The notes beneath the pieces were generated by a model. That model ran no database searches. It had not been told where the DNA came from and saw only the letters and a program-made list of their open reading frames with translations. Positions 20,863-29,217 of a stretch of 64,000 nt of DNA are shown in pieces. Every line of letters starts with the position of its first letter. Position 1 is the stretch's first letter. The position numbers and the translations under genes were made by a program. This DNA comes from an uncultured Gammaproteobacteria bacterium (GTDB lineage: Bacteria; Pseudomonadota; Gammaproteobacteria; UBA9214): contig CAWGNW010000019.1 in NCBI GenBank assembly GCA_963824045.1, forward strand, positions 73,108-137,107, in the 5' to 3' direction.

Positions 20863-20958
20863 AGCTAACCTGTGGCCCGATGCGTCAGTCGCATTGAATC
20901 TCCGGCAACTCATTCAGGCTGACCCGCATCGTGGATCGGCCTGGTTCAGGTGTTAGAT
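20863..20958 (+). repeat. attC-like site 7
   Basis: AGCTAAC...GTTAGAT. The arms CTAACCTGTGGCCCGATGCG and CGCATCGTGGATCGGCCTGGTTCAGGTGTTAG pair. Confidence 0.65.
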
Positions 20959-20987
20959 ATCACAAGGCAATGAAAGGGGTAATGATC

Positions 20988-21434
20988 ATGACCACAAATA
21001 CCATCCGGCTTCACCGCGTACTGCGTGCAACACCTGAAAGAATCTATCGGGCGTTCCTGGATGCCGATGCCCTGGCTAAATGGATTCCGCCGAACGGCTT
21101 CACCGGCAAGGTTCACCATATGGATGCCAGAATCGGTGGCACTTTCAAGATGTCGTTTACCAACTTCACCACAGGTCACAGCCACTCTTTTGGCGGAGAG
21201 TATCTTGATCTTGTGCCATACGAACGCCTTCGCTACACAGACAAGTTCGACGACCCGAACTTGCCCGGAGAAATGCAGACGACGGTATCCCTGAAGCAGG
21301 TGTCCTGCGGAACCGAGATAAACATAGTTCAGGAAGGAATACCCGAAGCCATTCCGCCCGAGGCCTGCTATCTCGGCTGGCAGGAGTCGCTCACGCTGCT
21401 TGCGAAACTCGTCGAGGCAGAGATTCCAGAATAA
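20988..21434 (+). CDS. cassette 8: SRPBCC/AHSA1-family protein
   Basis: TIRLHRVLRATPERIYRAFLDADALAKWIPP...GGTFKMSF...GEYLDLVPYERLRY is typical of the Aha1/SRPBCC family. Alternative ATG at 20970. Confidence 0.75.
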   Translation: MTTNTIRLHRVLRATPERIYRAFLDADALAKWIPPNGFTGKVHHMDARIGGTFKMSFTNFTTGHSHSFGGEYLDLVPYERLRYTDKFDDPNLPGEMQTTVSLKQVSCGTEINIVQEGIPEAIPPEACYLGWQESLTLLAKLVEAEIPE

Positions 21435-21517
21435 ACCGTGCAATGTCTGATAATACCATCCCTCTGACAGCAAAAAGCGGGGCGCGAAGACGCGCTGCTT
21501 TTTACTGCGGGTTATGG
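21430..21517 (+). repeat. attC-like site 8
   Basis: AATAAAC (contains the stop)...GTTATGG. The inner arms CAGCAAAAAGCGGGGCGCG and CGCGCTGCTTTTTACTG pair. Confidence 0.6.
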
Positions 21518-21550
21518 CGAACATAAGGTGATCGAAAGCTGGTACAGGCA

Positions 21551-22183
21551 ATGGGTGTCAGTCGACGGGAATTCCTGAAAATGGCTGCAGCAGCAGCGGC
21601 CTCTGCTGCAGTCAGTCCACTCCAGGCAGTCATCATCGATGACGACCTGTACATCAACCAGAGACTGGGTCTTTCTTTCAGGAAGCCCCGGGGCTGGCAT
21701 TACGTCTCTGTAAAAACATTCAAGGCCTTGCGCGACGAATACTCCCTGGCAAGCCACAATGAAGTCCTCAATGAGGAAATGCGTGACTGGGCCTTGCCGA
21801 TCGTTTCAATCACAAAATACCTGCTTAATGACAGACCGGGGCCGTCCATCGTGGTTTACGTTGAAAGGAACGAGCTGCAGGCAGGTGAATCATTGCTGTC
21901 TGTGATGCCGATGATTCAGGACTATCAGTCCGGCCTGTTCCCGGATTACGAACGTGAAGGTAATTACCGTGCCGGCAGGATTTCGGGGTGCGAGTCAGTC
22001 GAGTATTTCTCCCGTTTTGTTTACGAGAGCACAATGCGAACTGCTGTGCCTGTGAGAAACAGAAGCCTGTGCTCTGTACGCGATCCGGTGATGTATACAA
22101 TGCAAATGATGGATATACCGGACAGGAATATTACTGCACAAGGTGAGTTTGATGAATTTGTCAGATCAATCATTTACATTTAA
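21551..22183 (+). CDS. cassette 9: Tat-signal hypothetical exported protein
   Basis: MGVSRREFLKMAAAAAASAAV carries a perfect twin-arginine S-R-R-x-F-L-K motif. 210 aa. Confidence 0.65.
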   Translation: MGVSRREFLKMAAAAAASAAVSPLQAVIIDDDLYINQRLGLSFRKPRGWHYVSVKTFKALRDEYSLASHNEVLNEEMRDWALPIVSITKYLLNDRPGPSIVVYVERNELQAGESLLSVMPMIQDYQSGLFPDYEREGNYRAGRISGCESVEYFSRFVYESTMRTAVPVRNRSLCSVRDPVMYTMQMMDIPDRNITAQGEFDEFVRSIIYI

Positions 22184-22906
22184 ACAAAACCCGCAGCATA
22201 AAAGGGTCCGGTAACAACCAATAACCATTACCATCTCATTCCATGTTCGCGATCCTGCCCCGGTAGAAGTCGCGCACCGCAAAACGGTCACCATCGGTAA
22301 GGACAGCAACAGTGTAGCGATATCCTCCTTGCCTGCCTGGTGAGGAACAGGTTGAACGCTGGAGGGTGTGTCATCCTGGGTACATATTTCCCGGTTATAC
22401 TGCTTCTAAACAGAGGTAATATCGCTTTCGGTGTTGCGTCATAAACCTGACAGGTTTTTGCAGGCGTACAGGGTTGCCGGTTTATGTATTAGCTGCGTAA
22501 CTTCGGTATGGAGTTTTTGATTTACAAAAGAAAACCTGTGTCCAGCCGGTTTTGCTTGCGACCGCAGTGTGGCAGGAGGGCATTCGTTCATGGCGGCACC
22601 AGCAGAGAAACACCTGTAACTGGATGGTTTATTGGCCAATAATTTTGCTGTAATTGGTGAACTGCATACTATACAAATCATGGAATAGGCTGTATTCATA
22701 AGTAGCCTGAGTTCGTATCACAGAACACATCAGGCAGTCGATCATGCAGCGCCGACCCGGGGGGGTGTCAAGGCGATGATTGCATGAGATATACGGACAG
22801 AAACCGCGGCGTGCGGGTTTTATTCGCACAAATCGGCACCCGATTTCAGGGTTCATAACAACGGCCTGCAGCGGCAATGAATTTGTAACACCACACTTGG
22901 GAATCA

Positions 22907-23221
22907 ATGGAGGAAGTCAACGTGATGGTATCAAGCAGTTTACAAGCGATCGCGAACAACGGGGCACTGACAATCAGGATCAAAGGTCCGATGGACCTTC
23001 TGCTGACCTCGGCACTTCGGGATTTTTGCCACGGAACCGGCGCCGTCTACCGGCGCTACATCGTCGACTTGCGGGACGTGAGTATCGTACGTGATTCCGG
23101 GCTTGCGTTGTTGCTCATGCTGAAGCGCCTGGCAAGCAGGACGGGTGCGACGTTACACGTAATCAACGGCAGCACCGACCTGATGCATCGCTGTCTCAAG
23201 CTGGGGATCAGTCCGTACTGA
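22907..23221 (+). CDS. STAS-domain protein (anti-sigma-factor-antagonist-like); start may be GTG 22922 or ATG 22925
   Basis: ~100 aa with the pattern LTIRIKGPMD...YIVDLRDVSIVRDSGLALLLMLKR...LHVIN typical of SpoIIAA/STAS folds. GGAGGA lies at 22909-22914. Confidence 0.6.
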   Translation: MEEVNVMVSSSLQAIANNGALTIRIKGPMDLLLTSALRDFCHGTGAVYRRYIVDLRDVSIVRDSGLALLLMLKRLASRTGATLHVINGSTDLMHRCLKLGISPY

Positions 23222-23512
23222 TGATGCCCGGGACCGTGCAGACCGCACCCGGCCACGCTGTAGTTGCCGGGTGCGGACCGCTAGGATGATGGTGTCGGAG
23301 GGTTGTTACCAGTATCAGGGGAACCTGTGCACCGACACGAATGCCCCTCTTGCCTGGCTTGATGCAGGCGGAAATATCGAAACTACCGCGAACGCGTGAA
23401 TCCGGAATGTGCGCTATGTATGCGTACCGGATTCCGGATCTGCACCTCGCTACGCCGGGAATGACGGAGATCTGTCTTAGGCAAGTGCCATTCTGCGCTG
23501 GCGCCTATGCGG

Positions 23513-24043
23513 TTATTCGTCGAACTTCAAGGCAGCGATAATCGCATTCAGTCTGGCCTGTTCCCCTGCTGCTGCGACCAGGGAGGCGTTTTTTGCAGCC
23601 GCGTCCACTTCTTTCTGCCTGATGTTATCGATGTACTGCTCGTTACAGGCGCTGATCTTTTCCTTGATCTTTTCCAGATGGCCGGGGATCTGGTTCATGT
23701 CCCTGACATAGGCGTTGATGTACAGGCCCTCGGTCTTGTCGATCTTGACCTGCGGAACCATGTCCTTGATCAGCTTGTTGAATTCCTCGCACCAGTCCTG
23801 CGGGGCCTTGTGGGAAAGCCTGAAGAAGAGGTCGATATAGGGTTCCTTGCGGATCAGGGGAGGGCGGTTTTTGTCGATGCCAACGATCCTGATGTCACTG
23901 ATGCCTTCCAAACGGGGTGCTCCTGGTCGTGCGTGCGGGGTTGCGGGGTGTACGTCAAGCGTACTCCCGGGGGGCGGTGAATGCACGCGGAAATCCCGCG
24001 TACGCCTGATCATCATGGCGCAACTCCGGAAATTCGCGGGCAT
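23513..24043 (-). CDS. hypothetical protein; N-terminus uncertain
   Basis: Only long ORF here. The C-terminal two thirds have normal composition (…EPYIDLFFRLSHKAPQDWCEEFNKLIKDMVPQVK…). No family recognised. Confidence 0.5.
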   Translation of the reverse strand: MPANFRSCAMMIRRTRDFRVHSPPPGSTLDVHPATPHARPGAPRLEGISDIRIVGIDKNRPPLIRKEPYIDLFFRLSHKAPQDWCEEFNKLIKDMVPQVKIDKTEGLYINAYVRDMNQIPGHLEKIKEKISACNEQYIDNIRQKEVDAAAKNASLVAAAGEQARLNAIIAALKFDE

Positions 24044-24077
24044 ACGGCAGCCCGGAAAATCCCATCGGCCGGGACTG

Positions 24078-24398
24078 TCATCTCGCAGGGTTACGGCGTG
24101 CCGCCAGTCGTCGCACCAGGGCCTTGTGCAGTTCCATAAAGACCAGAACGGTCAGTGACAGGCAAGGCAATACCAGCCAGTGCTGCGGGCTGATCGGCTG
24201 GATCTGCAGCACATCGCTGATCCACTGGGTATAACCGGCACCGACATGTATCAGCTGTGCCGCCAGTATCCCGAAAGCAGTAGCGGGTTGCGCGGAATTA
24301 TTGTTGCATGCTGGACGCTGATTGCGTCGGATGTGTGCCCTGTCCCGGTAACGGGTGCTGCCTGCGGGCCCGCAGAATCTGCATAAGGGTCTACCCGA
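24078..24398 (-). pseudogene. C-terminal remnant of a cation-transporting P-type ATPase (no start codon, ~70-100 codons)
   Basis: Manual translation gives ...FGILAAQLIHVGAGYTQWISDVLQIQPISPQHWLVLPCLSLTVLVFMELHKALVRRLAARRNPAR*. This fits the last TM helices and tail of Ca/Mg P-type ATPases (N..L..Q..Y.P....F...P.S...W.....VL..EL.K..RR). Confidence 0.5.
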
Positions 24399-24592
24399 TC
24401 ACTGCATAAATTCTGCTGTTGGAGCGGCCTTTTTATGCCTGTTGTCCGGGTACTGGCCGCGATCGCGTCGAAGAACGAAGCTCCTACAGTACGATCCAGG
24501 ACCGCACAACCGGTGAATTCCGGAATCACTACACCGGGATGAATCTCGTCCTGTAAATCAGCTGTCGAAACCGGATTACACCCCGGCTTTAC
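24388..24592 (+). repeat. copy B of the dispersed repeat (partner of 5500..5775, inverted)
   Basis: See copy A. Copy B has CCGCGATCGCGTCGAAGAACGAA where copy A carries the 18-bp tandem array. Confidence 0.8.
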
Positions 24593-24786
24593 GCAACTAT
24601 CGGGTTAATGCTTCGCTTTCTGCTATTGCCTCCGGTATAGTGGCCGCCAGGTCCGGTGCACTTCGGTCTGCACCCGAGTCCTCGCGGTAACCCCTTCCGG
24701 AAAACCTCGAACACCAACAACCGTATTCCGCCTAGACCGTCCCGCGACCTGTGTTGCCGGTAGGCCGATGCAGGAGCAATTTATAC

Positions 24787-26124
24787 ATGTCATTTGATAC
24801 CCTCGGCCTGTCGGCCGAACTCCTTCGTGCTGTCGCTGATCAGGGCTACAGCGAGCCCACCCCGGTGCAGAGTCAGGCGATTCCTGTCATTCTCCAGGGG
24901 CGGGACATGCTGGCCGGTGCGCAAACCGGTACCGGCAAGACCGCCGGCTTCACCCTGCCGTTGCTGCAGCGCCTGAGTGCGAATCCGCAGCAAGGCCGGG
25001 GTAAACGCCCGGTCCGCGCCCTGATCCTGACGCCTACGCGCGAACTGGCGGCACAGGTGGCCGAGAGCGTGGAAACCTACGGCAGGTATTTGCCGCTGTC
25101 ATCGATGGTGATTTTCGGCGGCGTCAAGATCAATCCCCAGATCCAGAAGCTGCAGCGTGGCGTGGATATCCTGGTGGCGACACCGGGGCGGTTGCTCGAC
25201 CACGTCTCGCAGAAAACCCTGGACCTTTCCAGTGTCGAAATCCTGGTGCTGGACGAAGCCGACCGCATGCTGGACATGGGGTTTATACGCGACATCCGCA
25301 AGATACTCGCCCTGCTGCCAAAGCAGCGCCAGAACCTGCTGTTCTCGGCTACCTATACCAATGAAATCAGGACACTCGCGGACACGCTGCTGGATGCGCC
25401 TGCGTTCATCGAAGTGGCACGCCGCAACACGCCCACAGAGCTGGTCTCGCAGGTGGTACACCCGGTGGACCGGGAGCGCAAGCGCGAGCTGTTGTCGTTC
25501 ATGGTCGGTTCGCGGAACTGGCGCCAGGTGCTGGTGTTCACCCGTACCAAGCACGGAGCCAACCGCCTGTCGCAGCAACTGGAAAAGGATGGCATCAGCA
25601 GCGCGGCGATTCACGGCAACAAAAGCCAGGGTGCCCGCACCCGTGCACTGGCCGATTTCAAGCGCGGCGAAGTGCGGGTGCTGGTCGCCACCGACATCGC
25701 TGCGCGCGGCCTGGACATCGACCAGTTACCGCATGTCGTGAACTATGAACTGCCCAACGTGCCGGAAGACTACGTACATCGCATCGGCCGCACCGGTCGT
25801 GCCGGTAACGAGGGGCAGGCGGTATCGCTGGTGTGCGTGGACGAGCACAAGCTGCTCGGTGATATCGAGCGCCTCCTGAAACGAGACCTTTCCAGAATCG
25901 TCATCCCGGGCTATGAACCGGATCCCGCCATCCGCGCCGAGCCGATCCTGAACGGGCGCAGCGCAGGCGGAAATCCCGGGTCCCGCAACGGCTCCGGGCC
26001 GCAGCGCGGCAAGAGGCCAGGTGGCGGTGCATCGGATAAGGTGCGTGCAGGTGCGCCTGCCGGTCGCGGCCGGGCATTTTCCGGAAAACCGCGGCGTCGT
26101 TCGGCACCTTCAGGTATGGCGTAA
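24787..26124 (+). CDS. rhlE: ATP-dependent DEAD-box RNA helicase
   Basis: Q-motif [33 protein letters not shown] and [10 protein letters not shown] are present, with a basic Gly/Arg-rich tail. Confidence 0.92.
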   Translation: MSFDTLGLSAELLRAVADQGYSEPTPVQSQAIPVILQGRDMLAGAQTGTGKTAGFTLPLLQRLSANPQQGRGKRPVRALILTPTRELAAQVAESVETYGRYLPLSSMVIFGGVKINPQIQKLQRGVDILVATPGRLLDHVSQKTLDLSSVEILVLDEADRMLDMGFIRDIRKILALLPKQRQNLLFSATYTNEIRTLADTLLDAPAFIEVARRNTPTELVSQVVHPVDRERKRELLSFMVGSRNWRQVLVFTRTKHGANRLSQQLEKDGISSAAIHGNKSQGARTRALADFKRGEVRVLVATDIAARGLDIDQLPHVVNYELPNVPEDYVHRIGRTGRAGNEGQAVSLVCVDEHKLLGDIERLLKRDLSRIVIPGYEPDPAIRAEPILNGRSAGGNPGSRNGSGPQRGKRPGGGASDKVRAGAPAGRGRAFSGKPRRRSAPSGMA

Positions 26125-26237
26125 GAGCCGCAATGCGGCCGGCTGCATTGCGCCCTGTCTGAGGGCGCATGCGCGGGCCGGCCTGCCGGCAAAATTGTGA
26201 TTGCCCGGTTGGTTCCGGGCGGGTGCTTGAATTGCAG

Positions 26238-26513
26238 CTAGCGACGTTTGCGACCACCGCGCATGGCGCGTGGGTCTTCGAAGCGGACCCGCAGGGAGCG
26301 TTCGCCGCTGCCGACCAGGTTTCCATCCAGCGCGGCCTGTGCTGCCCGGGCCTCGTGGCCTTCCATTTCCACGCTGCCAAAGCCCCTGCATTTGCCGGTG
26401 AAGATATCGGATGCCACGCTGATGGAGCGCACGGTGCCGAAGGCGGAAAACATCTCGCGTACTGACTCTTCGCTGGCCTCCGGTGGCAAGTTGCCGATAT
26501 ACATCTTTTTCAT
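26238..26513 (-). CDS. RRM-type RNA-binding protein
   Basis: 91 aa. RNP2 KMYIGNL and RNP1-like CRGFGSVEM, with an Arg-rich tail. Confidence 0.85.
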   Translation of the reverse strand: MKKMYIGNLPPEASEESVREMFSAFGTVRSISVASDIFTGKCRGFGSVEMEGHEARAAQAALDGNLVGSGERSLRVRFEDPRAMRGGRKRR

Positions 26514-26557
26514 GTGTGATACCTCTCTGGTGCCCGGCTGCTGCTGCCGGCTGCGGG

Positions 26558-26585
26558 AAAAAAAGAACCCCGCCGTGCGGGGTTC
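26558..26585 (-). terminator. rho-independent terminator downstream of the cold-shock gene
   Basis: The minus strand reads GAACCCCGCACGGCGGGGTTC followed by TTTTTTT. Confidence 0.85.
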
Positions 26586-26612
26586 CTTTGCCGATTCTGG
26601 CCTGGCGGCCTG

Positions 26613-26819
26613 TTAACCGGCCGCCGTGACGTTGGTGGCCTGCAGGCCCTTGGGGCCCTTTTCCACGTCGAAGTTCACGGACTGTCCTTCCGCCAGGGTT
26701 TTGAAGCCGCCGCCCTGAATCGCGGAGAAGTGCACGAACACATCGGCGCTGCCATCAGCGGGAGAGATGAAACCAAACCCCTTGGATTCGTTGAACCACT
26801 TAACGGTACCTGTTGTCAT
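26613..26819 (-). CDS. CspA-family cold-shock protein
   Basis: [20 protein letters not shown]...DVFVHFSAI carries the canonical RNP1/RNP2 cold-shock-domain motifs. Confidence 0.95.
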   Translation of the reverse strand: MTTGTVKWFNESKGFGFISPADGSADVFVHFSAIQGGGFKTLAEGQSVNFDVEKGPKGLQATNVTAAG

Positions 26820-27082
26820 GTGAATTACCTTTGAAAAATGGACACCTGATCAATCGCGGACCCCGGTAAAGGTAAATTGCAGGAGATACCAGTGGCAGTG
26901 CTTCTGAGTAGACCTAAAGGAGGTGCAATCAATCTGTAACTCGGGCGGTGCTTGGCAACACGCTGTTGTTTTAAGGGCTTGCCGTCCGATGTCGCCAAGA
27001 GTATCCGTCACGCTGGTGAATGGCAAGCTGTTTCTGGCCGTATCTGCGGGCTTGCCGGTGGTCTGGACAGGGCAACCGTCAC

Positions 27083-28054
27083 CTACAGCCAGTGCTTTTT
27101 CCTGAACACCAGCAGCAGGATTACCGCAATGCCCAGCATGACCCCCAGTAAAATGAAATAGCCCGAGGCGGTGTGCAATTCCGGCATGTACTCGAAGTTC
27201 ATGCCGTAGATACCTGCCAGGAAACCCAGCGGCACGAAGATGGCCGTAATGATCGTCAATATCTTCATGATCTGGTTCAGATGATGCGAGGCGATCGATA
27301 TGTAGCTGTCAATCAGGTCCGAGGCAAGCTCGTAATAAAGGTCGGTCAGGCTGCCGGCACGTTCCTGCTGTTCATAGACATCGTTCAGTTCATGCGCTAT
27401 CTGTTCGCCGAAGCCGGGAAAGGTATAGGCTCTGAGACTGGCAAACACCTGCTGGTGATAGACAAACACACGTCGCAGCTTCTTGAGGTCCGTCTTGTAA
27501 CCACTGAGTTCTCCGAGAATCTCGTCACGCGGCCGCGCCAGGATTTCCTCTTCCAGTTCCTCCAGCCGCGGTTCCAGCCCGAGAATAAGATGCAGGTAGT
27601 TTCCAACCATGATGCGGGTCAGCTGCAATGCCAGTACCGCCGGCCCGTTCGCCATACGGGTAGCGTTCTGCCGGATTTCCTCCCAAAGCTTGTTGACGCT
27701 TCTGGACTCAGCCGAACGCCTTGTAACCAGCAGACGCTCGCCGACAAACAGGGCCAGCTGCAGCGTGGTGAAGTCGAGCGTTTCGCTGATGCTGGAGAGC
27801 CCCTTGAACAGCAGGAACGTGTAATTGCCGAAATCCTCGACTTTCGGCGGGTGCCGGTCGCGCAGGGCATCCTGTACCGCCAGCGGGTGGAGGTCGAGGT
27901 CGCCGCACAACAGCCGTGTTGCAACATTCTCCGGTTCATCGTCCAGGTCGAGCCAGAGCAGTTTGTTTGCATCCTGCTTCCAGTCTCCGACTAGTTCCTG
28001 CCTGCCCTCCTCAAGATGGCCGCTGACCGTGTCATACATGAGTGTGCGGATCAT
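27083..28054 (-). CDS. CorA-like divalent metal transporter (second paralog)
   Basis: Internal ATG at 28054 gives MIRTLMYD... C-terminal GIYGMNFEYMPEL plus two TM helices. Confidence 0.85.
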   Translation of the reverse strand: MIRTLMYDTVSGHLEEGRQELVGDWKQDANKLLWLDLDDEPENVATRLLCGDLDLHPLAVQDALRDRHPPKVEDFGNYTFLLFKGLSSISETLDFTTLQLALFVGERLLVTRRSAESRSVNKLWEEIRQNATRMANGPAVLALQLTRIMVGNYLHLILGLEPRLEELEEEILARPRDEILGELSGYKTDLKKLRRVFVYHQQVFASLRAYTFPGFGEQIAHELNDVYEQQERAGSLTDLYYELASDLIDSYISIASHHLNQIMKILTIITAIFVPLGFLAGIYGMNFEYMPELHTASGYFILLGVMLGIAVILLLVFRKKHWL

Positions 28055-28388
28055 GATGCCCCCCGGGGGATTTTTGCCTGCATGGCTGCAGCAGCTTGCT
28101 GCAGGTGATCGTAGTCGATTGCCGGTCACAGTACCACAGGCTGCAGCATGTCATGAAGCGTGCGGCATGCAGCTGCTGATGTGCGCTGTTTTCCGGTGTC
28201 AGCAAAGGCGGGATGCTGCTGCGGGTGCAGTCGTTGTGCTATCCGGACTGCTCCCCGGATCCCTGCAGCAGGAGCTGCGTCCCGTTGCCCTGATTGCCGA
28301 TGGCGATCACGAAATGCGATGAGCGTGATCAGCAAGCGGAGCCGGATGTCAGCAGAACTCCGGGACGGGCCTTCGAACAATGTCGGCG

Positions 28389-29099
28389 CTATTCCTTCAG
28401 CACCATGATGATGTTGCCGTCCTGAATGCGGATGTTATCCACCCCGTCGGCAAAGGCCTTCCAGAAGCCGGCTTCGTGCCCATAGTATTCCACCAGGTCG
28501 ATGTTTTTCATGCCGCCCAGCCAGGCGTTGGGGACCGGCACCCCCATAATGCTGATGCCTTTCAGAACCACGATGGGACGTTTGTCGCGGTAGGCAAGTT
28601 CCAGTCCTGCGCGGACCTTCAGGATTTGGCCGCCGAGGATCGGGAAGTCCTCGTCAACCGGCACCAGCAGTTTGGCGCTCAGCAGGTTTTCCGACAGGTC
28701 GATGGCGAGTTTACGGGCGAGGTCGGTATTCTTTGCCAGCAGGCCGTTCAGCTCACGCTCGGACAGGGTGATGCTGCGATTCGCACCAGCCTCGCTGTAG
28801 GCCTCCGGTTCCAGGAACTCCGGAGCGGGGGCATTCGCAGCATTCTTGCCGGTGTTTCTGGCCGCACCGCGGGTACGGCGTGTCTGCAGCGTATCCAGCC
28901 GTTCCAGCTTGGCATTCAGCACCTGTTCCTCTTTCGCGGACAATTCCACCGGTTTGAATTCCGCGGGGAAGATATAGGTGCGTAGCACCCAGTAGGTCGC
29001 ACCCACGGTCACGACAATCGTGGCGAGGACAATCAGGAAGATTTGCAAACCGCTGAGATGATGCCTTTCCGGCGTACCGGCCGTGGTTTCCGTATTCAT
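28389..29099 (-). CDS. hypothetical membrane-anchored protein
   Basis: 236 aa with a single N-terminal TM (LQIFLIVLATIVVTVGATYWVL). No family recognised. Confidence 0.6.
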   Translation of the reverse strand: MNTETTAGTPERHHLSGLQIFLIVLATIVVTVGATYWVLRTYIFPAEFKPVELSAKEEQVLNAKLERLDTLQTRRTRGAARNTGKNAANAPAPEFLEPEAYSEAGANRSITLSERELNGLLAKNTDLARKLAIDLSENLLSAKLLVPVDEDFPILGGQILKVRAGLELAYRDKRPIVVLKGISIMGVPVPNAWLGGMKNIDLVEYYGHEAGFWKAFADGVDNIRIQDGNIIMVLKE

Positions 29100-29217
29100 C
29101 GGGCAATATTGACTGAAAAGCCGGGGGCAGTAAACACGGGAACTGCCGCGGGCCGGGGTTCGGGCAGGCGGCCTTAATTGTTCTATAATCCGTCCTCGGA
29201 GCTACCGGGGATTGATC

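Larger units (their letters stand above)
16789..22183 (+). mobile_element. integron-type gene cassette array without an integrase in the window (CALIN-like); at least 8 cassettes
   Basis: Starts at GTTAGCA (16789). Eight attC-like imperfect palindromes each lie directly after an ORF stop. All ORFs are on the + strand and start 17-40 nt after a GTT core. The region is visibly AT-richer than its flanks. Confidence 0.75.

Noticed and set aside
22439-22907. Minus-strand ORFs 22439..22699 and 22629..22907 as genes
   Set aside because: Their composition is poor (Cys/Ser/Ile-rich). They have no RBS and no family resemblance, and they lie in the decayed island tail.
23400-23445. Hairpin GAATCCGG...CCGGATTC as another copy of the dispersed repeat
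   Set aside because: It shares only the short CCGGA(A/T)T theme with the 5500/24388 element and has no extended alignment.
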